A DNA stretch of 59,378 bases, counting the filler. It is 5 parts of 5 records of this genome, joined end to end, with 100 filler letters (N's around TTAATTAATTAA, not from the genome) between each part and the next. Parts side by side here need not be neighbours in the genome. Positions count along the whole stretch, not along the records: positions 1 to 17,361 come from DRR723986_9180; positions 17,462 to 39,789 come from DRR723986_9182; 3 more parts are not named here. One strand, given 5' to 3'. Positions within the stretch are counted from its first letter, which is position 1; each line of letters starts with the position of its first letter. Below are positions 10,661 through 20,900 of this stretch, piece by piece. Made by a program: the position numbers and the translations under genes. Under the pieces are notes generated by a model. The model had not been told where the DNA came from. It ran no database searches and saw only the letters and a list, made by a program, of their open reading frames with translations.

Positions 10661-12388
10661 ATGAACAGTCCCGCCAAGGGCCACTCGCACACGCCCACTT
10701 CCACCGTGAAACCAGTTGACAAGCCGGGGCACGCGCCTGAGCAAACTTTGGAAGGCCAGATTGTCGATCTGGATGCACGTCGCATCTATCCCGGACGAAT
10801 TGTCGTGCGCGAAGGTCGTATCGTGTCGCGTCAGGAAGACGTCGGAATCACTGCCGAACGCTACATCATGCCCGGTTTCGTGGATGCGCATGTTCACATC
10901 GAATCTTCCATGCTGGTGCCCTCCGAATTTGGCCGCGCCGCCCTTGTGCATGGAACCGTTGCCACCGTTTCCGATCCGCACGAAATTGCGAACGTTCTGG
11001 GCCTCGCAGGTGTGCGTTATATGATCGCGGATGCCAAACACACTCCGCTCAAAATTTATTTTGGCGCTCCCAGCTGCGTGCCGGCCACCGGGTTTGAACA
11101 TGCCGGAGCATCCCTCGGGCCCGCAGATATTCGCAGCCTTTTTGAACAGGATGGACTGCTGTATCTCAGCGAAATGATGAATTATCCTGGCGTCCTGCAC
11201 GGCGATCCCGAAGTGTTTGCCAAGCTCCAAATTGCGCGCGAACGGGGACGCCGCATCGACGGTCATGCTCCCGGACTGCGCGGTGACGAAGCCAAACGTT
11301 ATATCGAAGCCGGCCCGCAAACCGATCACGAATGTTTTACACTCGCAGAAGCTCTCGACAAACTTCAACACGGAATGTATATCGCGATTCGCGAAGGTTC
11401 GGCCGCCAAAAATTTTGCCGCCCTCCAGCCGCTGTTAAGTTCACATCCGGATATGGTGTTCTTCTGTAGCGATGATAAACATCCCAATGACCTGGTGCGT
11501 GGACATATCGACGAACTTGTGCGCCGTGCACTTAACGATGGTCACGAATTGTTTAATGTTCTGCGTGTAGCCTGCCTCAATCCGGTCGAATTTTACGGTC
11601 TGGATGTTGGTCTTCTGCGTGTTAACGACCCAGCTGATTTTATTATCAGCGATTCAATTTCTGCGCCGCGAGCAGTCGAAACCTGGATTGCGGGCAAGCG
11701 TGTAGCGCAGGCCGGAACGTGCAATGTTAACTCAGTTGACATTTCTACTCCAAACCAATTTCATGCCGCCAAACTCGCCGGAAAGTCGCTCAAAGTCAAG
11801 GCTGATGGCAGCTCGTCGCGTGTTTCCGTGCGTGTTATCGAAGCGCTGGACGGCCAACTAATTACACGTGAAGTCATTGAAGAATTGCCCGTTGAAAATG
11901 GCGAGATTTTGGCTGATCCTTCACGCGATATCTTAAAACTCCTGGTGCACAATCGTTATGCAGATGTGCCGCCGGCTCTGGCGTTTATCAAAAACTTTGG
12001 ACTTAAACAAGGTGCTCTGGCGTCAAGTGTGGCCCACGATTCGCACAATATAATTGCCGTTGGTGTTGGCGATCAGGATATCTGTGCCGCTGTTAACGGA
12101 ATTGTAGAAGAACAAGGGGGGCTCTCGCTGGCGGTTAACAATCTGGCGGAAGTCTTGCCGCTGCCCGTTGCCGGATTGATGAATCCCGGGACCGCGCATG
12201 ACGTTGCCCAGATGTACGAAAATCTCGACCGACGCGCTCACGAACTCGGTAGTACCTTACACTCGCCTTACATGACCTTGTCGTTTATGGCGCTGCTCGT
12301 AATTCCTGAACTTAAACTCAGTGATCGTGGTTTATTCACGAGTACAAGTTTTGACTTCACAAGTGTTCAGGTGTCAGACGCTCAATAA
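10661..12388 (+). CDS. ade: Adenine deaminase
   Basis: PGFVDAHVHIESS, DPHEIANV, EMMNYPGV, DGHAP, DHEC, IREGSAAKN, SVAHDSHN; ATG 10661 follows GGAG. Confidence 0.95.
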   Translation: MNSPAKGHSHTPTSTVKPVDKPGHAPEQTLEGQIVDLDARRIYPGRIVVREGRIVSRQEDVGITAERYIMPGFVDAHVHIESSMLVPSEFGRAALVHGTVATVSDPHEIANVLGLAGVRYMIADAKHTPLKIYFGAPSCVPATGFEHAGASLGPADIRSLFEQDGLLYLSEMMNYPGVLHGDPEVFAKLQIARERGRRIDGHAPGLRGDEAKRYIEAGPQTDHECFTLAEALDKLQHGMYIAIREGSAAKNFAALQPLLSSHPDMVFFCSDDKHPNDLVRGHIDELVRRALNDGHELFNVLRVACLNPVEFYGLDVGLLRVNDPADFIISDSISAPRAVETWIAGKRVAQAGTCNVNSVDISTPNQFHAAKLAGKSLKVKADGSSSRVSVRVIEALDGQLITREVIEELPVENGEILADPSRDILKLLVHNRYADVPPALAFIKNFGLKQGALASSVAHDSHNIIAVGVGDQDICAAVNGIVEEQGGLSLAVNNLAEVLPLPVAGLMNPGTAHDVAQMYENLDRRAHELGSTLHSPYMTLSFMALLVIPELKLSDRGLFTSTSFDFTSVQVSDAQ

Positions 12389-12455
12389 TTACTATTTTTA
12401 TGTGTTGCTCCAGCGGAACGCCAGGCGCATCTCATCTACTTAAACAGGAACGGCT

Positions 12456-12779
12456 ATGTCTACCACAATGGTTATCGCAATGTATCGCCCGCATACCGGC
12501 AAAAACGATCAGGTTCTCGCCTTAATTAAAGAACATCACCCCGTGCTCAAAGGACAAGAATTTGTCACCGACCGCAAACCCCTTGTGTTACGCAGCGGCG
12601 ATGGAACTTACCTCGAAATCTTCGAGTGGATCTCTCCCGAGGTAATTAACAAAGCACATCTGAACCCGGTTGTTAAAGAAATCTGGGAACGATTTGAAGC
12701 GGTCTGTGACTATGCCGAACTAAAGTCACTGCCCGAAGCCGGCGGTCCATTTCCGCACTTTGAACTCGTTGATGTTTAA
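12456..12779 (+). CDS. Hypothetical protein, possibly ABM-like dimeric alpha/beta barrel
   Basis: AGGA before ATG; pattern VIAMYRP..GK...YLEIFEW.S...KAH. Confidence 0.7.
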   Translation: MSTTMVIAMYRPHTGKNDQVLALIKEHHPVLKGQEFVTDRKPLVLRSGDGTYLEIFEWISPEVINKAHLNPVVKEIWERFEAVCDYAELKSLPEAGGPFPHFELVDV

Positions 12780-12835
12780 TGGTGCGCGTGCCCAATTATT
12801 GTGGTGCGCTCTGACTGGTGAATTCCGGCTTGTAT

Positions 12836-12907
12836 ACTAACAAGAGCGCTTCGCTTCCTGCTTCGCATTCTGCTCTCAGTTAGCTTGCTGTTTTCTTTTT
12901 GTTAGTC
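12836..12907 (+). repeat. Second copy of the contig-1 attC-like repeat
   Basis: ACTAACAAGAG...TTTTTGTTAGT closing stem; TTTTCTTTTTGTTAGTC and GCGCTTCGC are shared (inverted) with 275-323. Confidence 0.45.
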
Positions 12908-13027
12908 GCTGTGTTAAAAGCGGGGAACAGTTGAGTCTGCCACAAATCCGCAGCCAGACAGTCTCCAGCCCCAAGTTCAAAGAAAGGCGCACGTCTCAGA
13001 GTCCCAGCCTCAGAATGTTACGTCTGT

Positions 13028-13077
13028 CAGCCTGACACGCCAGAGTCTTTTACTGAAGACTTCGGTCTGTCAGGCTG
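13028..13077. other. Long hairpin downstream of addA (terminator or REP-like)
   Basis: CAGCCTGACA...AGTCTT-loop-AAGACT...TGTCAGGCTG. Confidence 0.5.
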
Positions 13078-13116
13078 CAGATCAAAATTGTTAAGTGCCG
13101 CCGGAATGCTCGCATT

Positions 13117-16100
13117 TTAGAAAAGACTGTCGCGCATCTCACGCATCAGGCTCATTAACTCAGCCTCTAGCTCCTGCATCTCTGCGCGTGACTTTGTTAA
13201 ACTGATCGTCCAGTCATCGAGGTTGTGCGAATGCGCCGCACGGCGTGTAAACAGCAGGCGTGCAGTGTATGTCTCCTGATCGGGGAAACGGCGCATCAGG
13301 AAGTACAGGTAGACCTCCATTTGTGTCCGGTAGCGTTCGCGCAGATCGTCCATATCTTCGCGTCCCAACACTCGATTACTTTTCCAGTCCCAAACCTCGT
13401 TTTGTCCGTCTTTGAAGTTAAACAGTACATCCAGCACACCGATCATAAAAGCTCGCAGCGGACCGTGCGCGTTAGTGCGGTTCGGCTTGCCTTCATCTAT
13501 ATACAGCTGGAAAGGTAACTCAGCCTGCCAGGCCTGTTCTACGCGCAAGCGGTATTTCTGCTCACGGATGAAGTTGTTGTGCCCAACGGCCAAAGTTTCT
13601 TTAACAACACGTTCACGCAGCGCATCATTAACTGAGCGTTCTGTAGCCTGTATAGCCCTGTCAACATACTCCTGATGTAACAGCTCATCTACTTCGTCTT
13701 CAGAGCCAATCCAGAGCGGCAGCGTTTCCAGAACGGTATGGATCAGACTGCCGGCCTGTGTGCCCAGAACCGCATCCTGGTCACCCTGCGGGTCGGCGCC
13801 GCGCCCAAGTGCCGTTTGCCAATATTGGTCTTCAGTAGGCGGCAGTCCCAAACGATATACACGTACATATTCTGCCGGATTGCGCTTAAACAAATCCAGC
13901 TGCGAAGCCGAGTAGAACTCAACTTCGGCATGTGTTTGCACCGGCGCTGTCAGGAGCATTGGCCCGCTGCCGGACTCGGTCGTTGTCACGCCGGCTTCAG
14001 TTTTAAGGCTGTCTTCCAGTTCAAGAATTATTGGAACCGCATAGTCAACCGCTTTGTCGCTGTAGTGCCCATCCTGCAGAACCGGCAGCGTATCTCGCAG
14101 TCGCAGTTCACCACGCTCAAGGGCTTCACCTTCGGTTATATTCAGGGCGTCAAGCAGTGCGGCTGCAAAACCTTCAGCGCGGCCGGCAACACCCTCGTCG
14201 TTTGTCTCAAGTGTCATGCTAGTGATCAGGTGGTCGCGTGCGCGCGTCAGAGCCACATACAGAACCCGTTTTTCTTCCGCCAGCTCGGCCAGCTTCTGTC
14301 TGCGGCGTGCCACATAAAACAATGGGCCAACTTCTTCTGCTTCGAGTGTGCCGGCGGTGGAAGGAATTGGTACAACCGCCGGAAAACACAAACCAAGCTC
14401 CGGATTTAACAGCGGCGCATGCGGCACCATGCTGCGGAAACTTGATTTGTACAGGAACACGATCGGAAATTCAAGTCCCTTCGCCGCGTGAATTGTCATG
14501 ACCTTAACCGCACCGGCTCCTGAGCTGACATCCGCTTCACCTTCAGCGACGCTGTGTTTTGCCAATGTGTCGAGTTCACGCGCAAAGTCATGCAGGTTGT
14601 TAAACCCACGTTCTTCAAAGCTGCGCGCCAAGTCTAGAAGTTTCTCAAGGTTGGCCTCCATCTGCACATGCCGCTCATGTCCTGCCGTCATACCGCGCCA
14701 GGCCGTTCTATCCAGGATCCAGCGGATTAACATAGGAATGGTCAGGCGCTGTGCCAATGGCGTTAACTCAGTCAGAATCTTGTGCGTGCGTTTAAAGGCT
14801 GGCGTTAAAATATCGCCACTTGTATACTGCTCTGCATGCGCGTTAAACTTGTCCCACAGGCTTGCGCCTTCGGCCACACTGATTTCATATAGTTCCAGAT
14901 CGCGCAGCCCAAAGAAGGGCGAGCGCAGCATTGCCGCAAATGCGGCGTCATTTGCCTGGTTTTGCAGAAACAGTAAAACTGAGCGTATATCCAGTAGCTC
15001 CTGCGTCTCAAAATATCCTCGGCCCCCACTCAGAATAAATGGTATGTCATGCCTGCGCAGCGCCGCGGTTAACTCCGCAATTCCATTACGCCCGCGCGCA
15101 AGCACCGTAACGTCGCCAAATTCGGCCGGGCGCGGGACTTCACCTTTTCCGTTAAACTCATGCACAATCAGGCGGCGGTCGCCACGCACGGCATGGTAGA
15201 TCCGGCGCGCCACAAGTTCGGCTTCACTGATACTTTCCTCGGAGTCTTCGGGATTGTCTTCAGTATCTACGACTTCATCACGAGGCTCCTCCGGATTTGG
15301 ACTTTGCTCTCCAAACTTGCGCCGCCGGCGCGTAGCAATCAGTAGTTCAACACTACCCAGAACCGCCTCAGCACCTGCATCGCTGCCGTCAGCAGCAGTC
15401 TCTGAATCCTGACTTGTGGTCCAAGAACCAGCAGCGCCGGAACCGGCATCAATGTCGATAGCGCCCGTGCGCGCGCAGACAAGGTCTTCGTACTCGATAT
15501 CAAAGTCGGAATCGCGCTTCAGCATGTGTTTGCCGCACACTCTGTTAACAAATGCGGCGGGTGCAGGCAGCAAGCGGAATGAGGCATTCAGGCGAATATC
15601 TCCCAGGTTTTCCTCCGGGCGTGCATTTAACGAATCACCGTCACGGCTGGTGATCGGTCCCGGCAGCAGTTCCAGCTTGCGCAAGCCCAGGTTTAACTGT
15701 TTAACATCGGCGCGTGCCTGCTCGAAGACACGTACATCCGAACCCCTGAAGCCGTAAATGCTTTGTTTGGGGTCACCAACGATAAATAGCCGCGCTCTGT
15801 CGCGCGCGATAATTAATTCCTGATCTTCGTCGCCGGGCGCCAGCAGTGCTTCGGCAATCGCATATTGCAGGGCGTTGGTATCCTGGAACTCGTCAATCAT
15901 GACGTGGCGCAAGCGGCGTTGCAGGCGTGTGCGCACGTCGGGGTTTTGCAAGAGCTGGCGCGCTCTTAACTGCAGGTCGTCAAAGTCCAGCTGACCTTCG
16001 CTGTCCTTGTTTTTGTCAACGTGCTTCCAGGCATCAATACCAATTGAGATTAGAGTGCGTGCCTGTTTAACAACATCATGGTCTGCATCTGCGTGCTGAA

Positions 16101-17064
16101 TAACACCACTCAATTCATCCGTGGCTTTTAACAGCTTGCCTAACTCCGCTTCCAGTGCAGGCACAAGTTGTTCGTTGGCAACTCCGCGTTTAACAGTTGA
16201 GCGCAGTGTTCGCTTTTGTGTGAACAGTGCATCCGCCACCGCGCGCAACTGTGTCAGGTTCTCTGTCAGCAGCTCGGAATTTAATTCCTGATCAGCGGAC
16301 AGCGGGGTGTATGCGGAGAGGGCATCGCGTGCGGCATCGTACTGTTTTACCCCGGCTTTAGTTAAATCGTCGCGCTGAATGTTAAATAAGGTTTCACGCA
16401 GCAGTGGAGCCATTCGCGTCAGGAGTTCAGATGCTTCCTGTATCAATTGTTCGCGCGCGCGCTGGGCAATCGTCTCGTTGTCTTGTTCTTCGTATAGCTC
16501 CTGCACAGCGTTAAAATCTTCGCGTACTGCCAGGAGTGCCTGCAGATAACGTTCCACACGTTTACGTCCCAGTTTGCGGAACATTTCCAATGCTGCCGTT
16601 CTGCGTGCTGCATTGTCTTCGGCAAGATCCAGCCAGGACTCCAGAACAGCCGCTGCGGCTTCAGTTTTTAATGCAATTCCTTCGTGTTCGGCAAGCTCAC
16701 TGAATGCCGGATTAACATTCGCCTCAATCGGGTAATCTCTGAGCAGGCGCGCACAAAAAGAATGAATTGTCGAGATACGTGCTGAATTGAGTCGCTCACG
16801 CACGTGTTTGATCTGTGGCCACTGCTCCACATAGTCGAGACTCTGCAGCATAGTATCCAGGCGCCGGGCTACCCGTTGCAGCATTTCTCCGGCCGCCTTT
16901 CGCGTAAAGGTAATTGCCGTGATATCACGTACATCTACGCCGTCGAGCAGTAGTTGTGTATAGCGCTGTACGAGTACCGCCGTTTTCCCGGAGCCGGCAT
17001 TCGCCAGTACGGCCAGGTGACGATCTGACGTCAGGGCCAGCTGTTGTTCACGAGTGAGTTGCAT
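13117..17064 (-). CDS. addA: AddA-like UvrD/SF1 helicase with C-terminal PD-(D/E)xK nuclease
   Basis: ANAGSGKT, ITFTRKAA, STIHSFC, IDEFQDTN, VGDPKQSIYGFRG, MTIHAAKGLEF, LYVALTRA; C-terminal GVLD...WDWKS...Q..VY. Confidence 0.85.
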   Translation of the reverse strand: MQLTREQQLALTSDRHLAVLANAGSGKTAVLVQRYTQLLLDGVDVRDITAITFTRKAAGEMLQRVARRLDTMLQSLDYVEQWPQIKHVRERLNSARISTIHSFCARLLRDYPIEANVNPAFSELAEHEGIALKTEAAAAVLESWLDLAEDNAARRTAALEMFRKLGRKRVERYLQALLAVREDFNAVQELYEEQDNETIAQRAREQLIQEASELLTRMAPLLRETLFNIQRDDLTKAGVKQYDAARDALSAYTPLSADQELNSELLTENLTQLRAVADALFTQKRTLRSTVKRGVANEQLVPALEAELGKLLKATDELSGVIQHADADHDVVKQARTLISIGIDAWKHVDKNKDSEGQLDFDDLQLRARQLLQNPDVRTRLQRRLRHVMIDEFQDTNALQYAIAEALLAPGDEDQELIIARDRARLFIVGDPKQSIYGFRGSDVRVFEQARADVKQLNLGLRKLELLPGPITSRDGDSLNARPEENLGDIRLNASFRLLPAPAAFVNRVCGKHMLKRDSDFDIEYEDLVCARTGAIDIDAGSGAAGSWTTSQDSETAADGSDAGAEAVLGSVELLIATRRRRKFGEQSPNPEEPRDEVVDTEDNPEDSEESISEAELVARRIYHAVRGDRRLIVHEFNGKGEVPRPAEFGDVTVLARGRNGIAELTAALRRHDIPFILSGGRGYFETQELLDIRSVLLFLQNQANDAAFAAMLRSPFFGLRDLELYEISVAEGASLWDKFNAHAEQYTSGDILTPAFKRTHKILTELTPLAQRLTIPMLIRWILDRTAWRGMTAGHERHVQMEANLEKLLDLARSFEERGFNNLHDFARELDTLAKHSVAEGEADVSSGAGAVKVMTIHAAKGLEFPIVFLYKSSFRSMVPHAPLLNPELGLCFPAVVPIPSTAGTLEAEEVGPLFYVARRRQKLAELAEEKRVLYVALTRARDHLITSMTLETNDEGVAGRAEGFAAALLDALNITEGEALERGELRLRDTLPVLQDGHYSDKAVDYAVPIILELEDSLKTEAGVTTTESGSGPMLLTAPVQTHAEVEFYSASQLDLFKRNPAEYVRVYRLGLPPTEDQYWQTALGRGADPQGDQDAVLGTQAGSLIHTVLETLPLWIGSEDEVDELLHQEYVDRAIQATERSVNDALRERVVKETLAVGHNNFIREQKYRLRVEQAWQAELPFQLYIDEGKPNRTNAHGPLRAFMIGVLDVLFNFKDGQNEVWDWKSNRVLGREDMDDLRERYRTQMEVYLYFLMRRFPDQETYTARLLFTRRAAHSHNLDDWTISLTKSRAEMQELEAELMSLMREMRDSLF

Positions 17065-17067
17065 GTG

Positions 17068-17099
17068 CGAAGATACGACGCCACGGTATTTCTAGCGAA
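17068..17099 (-). promoter_or_regulatory. Bacteroidota-type promoter variant directly upstream of addA (probably leaderless mRNA)
   Basis: TTCG-N20-TATCTTCG ending 3 nt before the ATG. Confidence 0.45.
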
Positions 17100-17361
17100 T
17101 CAGAATCAATCAAGCGGCTGGCGGCAGGCTGCAAAGTTGGCTGTTTGGCGGGTTTGGTTCTGCTGTGTTTTTCCTGCAGGGCACAGTGAGTTCGCCATTG
17201 GCAAGCTATAGATGGAGGCCCGCTGGTCCGTTCATTTGGCAATTCCGTCCGTTCAGGCATGGTTTACAGGCCATACAGTTTTTCACGCATTGAAATCTGA
17301 GAGTATAATTCTAAACTTGTATCCGACGGCACGCAGCATGCAGCGAGCCGCTCTTCGACGG

Positions 17362-17461
17362 NNNNNNNNNNNNNNNNNNNNNNNNNNNNNNNNNNNNNNN
17401 NNNNNTTAATTAATTAANNNNNNNNNNNNNNNNNNNNNNNNNNNNNNNNNNNNNNNNNNNN
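17362..17461. other. Artificial contig spacer
   Basis: N-run around TTAATTAATTAA (stops in all six frames). Confidence 0.99.
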
Positions 17462-17467
17462 CAGCCC

Positions 17468-17490
17468 CACGGCTCGGAGAGCCGTGCTAC
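17468..17490 (-). repeat. GTAG-type REP palindrome at the contig end
   Basis: Reverse complement GTAG-CACGGCTC-TCC-GAGCCGTG. Confidence 0.75.
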
Positions 17491-17842
17491 TATAGGCAAG
17501 CCAAGACTCTCACTCGCCCCGAAATCACCGAACGCTCCTAGCAACGAAGGGAAACCGTTTCACGGAAACCAGTAGTCCAATACCCGATCGAATTAGGTTC
17601 CAGTGCATGTCGCGGATTGTCGGTGAACGGGTACTCGTTGTAGTCACGGCCCTTGAGCGGCGCCCGCGAAGAAATTCTCGGCGTTATGGCAGGACCGCGG
17701 CTTTGGTAGCACGAAGTGTACAGCGACTTATTCCAGGTTTGCATCCCGAGTAGCACCAAGAATGCAGCGGCGAGATTCCATTGACAACACTTCAGTGGTC
17801 GACGAGGCTCCAGCAGCTCCAAAGGCATCTCAAGCAACTACG

Positions 17843-17877
17843 AAAAAAGCGGTGCCTGCGTTTCAGCAGACACCGCT
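17843..17877 (-). terminator. Rho-independent terminator of the PDZ/Asp-box gene
   Basis: AGCGGTG.CTGC / GCAG.CACCGCT stem followed by a T-run on the minus strand. Confidence 0.7.
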
Positions 17878-17941
17878 AGTGAATATTCGGGAGCAGAATC
17901 AGTATTGCCTCCGATTGACTGTCTCTTGAACTACGACTTGT

Positions 17942-20900
17942 TTAGAAGTCGCTGCGATAATCGAGTCCCTGGCGTTTGGCTGCCTTCTTTGCTGATGCTC
18001 GAAGCTCATCGGCCTCAATCGCCGCTTCGTAGACTTCGTCTGCGACGGCATCGGCTGGAGTGTTGGGATCACGCACGATTTCAAGCACATGGGATTGCAC
18101 TTCTTCGCCGTCGACGATCAACGTAGCGCGATAACTGCCGGTCGCTGCAAAGCTAACGCGGCGGCCCACAGTGCTCCGCAAGTTCCAACTCGCACGATGC
18201 AGACCTGGTTCGACCGCCCCTTTGAGTTCAGCGACCTTCTTGCCTGAGATGTCTTCGATCTCAACCACGGCTGACTTCACCTTTTCGGGAAGCGTGTACC
18301 ACATCGCTGCACCGGAAGACGGGTTGTCCGCACGGAATCGCCGGTTCGTGCCGCCACGACGTGCGTCTGAACGCCAGCGAACCAACTCTTGCGGCTTCAT
18401 GAACACAGGTTCAGAGGTCAGTTTCTTCGGATCGATCTGACGCAGCGGTGTTGCATCAAACGCCCACAAGCTACGGCCATGAGTCGCCAAGACGACTTCG
18501 CCATTGCTCGGGTGTTGAGCGAGATCGTGAATTGCCACGGTTGGCAAAGTCTGATTGAACTGTGTCCAATTCTTTCCGCGATCCAAGCTGATGAAGAAGC
18601 CAAATTCGGTTCCAAGCATCAGCATGTTCGGGTTGCTGATGTCTTCACGCAGGCAACGCGATGAACCACGCGGAAGATTACTGTGCAAAGCCGTGAAGGT
18701 CTTGCCGTAGTCTTCGGAAACGTAAACATACGCGGCATCATCGTCGCTGCGGTGCCCATCCAGCGTGACATAGACCCGACCGTCAACGAACTTGGATGCG
18801 TCGATGGTTGCCACCCACATCGGACGTGGTGCGCCCAGGTTTTCCGTGATGTTGGTCCACTCTTCACCTCCGTCGACAGTTGCCCAAAGTGCTCCATCAT
18901 CGGTGCCGACATACATGACGTCTTCATCGCGAGGAGATTGCGCCAGGGCGGTGGCACTGCCGCGCTTCGTCAGAGTGATCTCCGGCGAGATGCGCTTCAA
19001 ATCTGTGCCGCGGTCGAGAGACCTGAAGACGTAGTTTCCTGCGGTCAAGAAGATCTTCGAGTTGTGAGGCGAGAGGATGAATGGCGTCTTCCAATTGAAT
19101 CGATACTCCAAACCTTGCTCTCGCTGCGGTCGTATGGAACCTCGATCACCGGTTCGCAGATTCCGGCGTGCCATTCCACCATTCTGGCTCTCGTAGTAAA
19201 TCAGATCCGGGTCGTTTGGATCTACGCGACAGACGAATCCGTCGCCACCACCAATCGAAATCCAGTCTTCGTTGATCGCTCCACCGGTCTTGCTGATTGC
19301 GGGACCGCCCCAAGAACCATTGTCCTGAAGACCACCCACGACCCAGTAAGGCTCGGTTGGACGAATCGCAACGTGGTAGAACTGTCCAATCGCGGCGGTG
19401 TTAATGTGGTCCCAGTTACGCCCGTAGTCATACGTTACGTAGAAGCCTCCGTCACCGCCGATGATCATGTGCCGACCGTCGCCTGGATCAATCCACAGGT
19501 CGTGTGCATCGGCGTGGACGCCACGGCCAAAGTCTGACGTGAAGGTCAGGCCACCGTTGTTGGATTGGAACTGAGAGACGCCCATGACGTAGATGCGATT
19601 CTCGTCACTTGGGTCTACGCGGATAACGCTGAAGTACATCGGGCGAGTATTCAGCGAGTTGACTCGTGTCCAAGTCTCGCCCGCATCAGTCGACTTGTAG
19701 ATACCACCGTACTTATAGCCATCGGCACCCTGCATATCCTGAGCATTGGGAGTTTGCCCGTAGTAGGAGTAGGTGTAGGGCCGAGACGACGTTGACGAGT
19801 TGTTACGATCGCCGAGCGTAATTGTCAGCTTGACGTCTTTTTCCTTGCGTCGAACGACGAGTTCCATTTTGTCGCCGGGCTGGCGCGAGCGAATCTGTCC
19901 GATCAGGTCGTTGTAGCTTTCAATCTTGTCATCACCAACTTTGTTGATGATGTCGCCACTCTTCAGGCCGCCTTTCGCGCTTGGACCACCGTCAGTCACC
20001 ACGGTCATCAGAGCTCCACCGCCCTGATTGTCTTGGCCTTGGATGCCCATGTAAGCGCCGCTCTGGCGTTGTGTTCCGCCCTGTGCAGGGCGATTCTTGA
20101 TCGTGACATCAAGTTTGACCGTCTCTTCACCTCGCATAACTTCCACAGCGACCTTGTCGCCGTCAGCCATCTCGCGAACCGCTTCGACTAGCTTTTGGTA
20201 GTTCTCGGGCTTCTGTCCTGCAAAGCTGACGATGACGTCTTTGGCCTTCAAGCCAGCTTGGGCTGCCGGGCCACCATCGGTGACACTTCGCAGAACAATA
20301 TTGCCTTCTGAGTCGCCGCCCGTAACGCCGAGATACACCGCAGGTGCCGGCGTTCTCGATCCAGGACGAGGCGCCAACTTGGTGCTGATCTCAATCTGCT
20401 CGTCACCCCGTGCGAGTTTCAGAGTGATTCTTTGACCAATCTTTTTCTCGCGAAGGGCGTCGGTCAAAGCGTCGTACTTTTCGACTTCGGACCCTTCAAC
20501 TGAGATCAGTTTGTCGCCAACCTTTGCTCCCGCCTTTTCCGCAGGGCTATTGGGGAAGACCTGGGAAATAACCGGGCCATCTTCACCGTCGACACCAACC
20601 AGTCCGAGGAATCCTGTGAACGGCTTGGGGCCCTTGCCGATATCCTCACAGTCAATAATTGCGTAGATAACGTGCGGTCCCTTGGATTGCCAATCAAGGC
20701 CCACGCGACCGAGGTTACTGGTCGGCAGTCCCTTGGAGAGCTTCTTCCAGTTTGAACCACCGTCGGTTGTTTTGTAAAGGCCTGCACCCGGGCCCCACTT
20801 ACGAATCGGGTCGTATCCGTCGATGCCTTCTGGCTTGGGCTCGCTCCCGGGCCAACCATCAAAGCCGTCGCGTTTACGATTCCAAAGGGCTGCGATAATC

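Noticed and set aside
17538..17837. 99-aa minus-strand ORF after the PDZ-gene terminator
   Set aside because: No RBS or recognisable family; could be a remnant but cannot be supported
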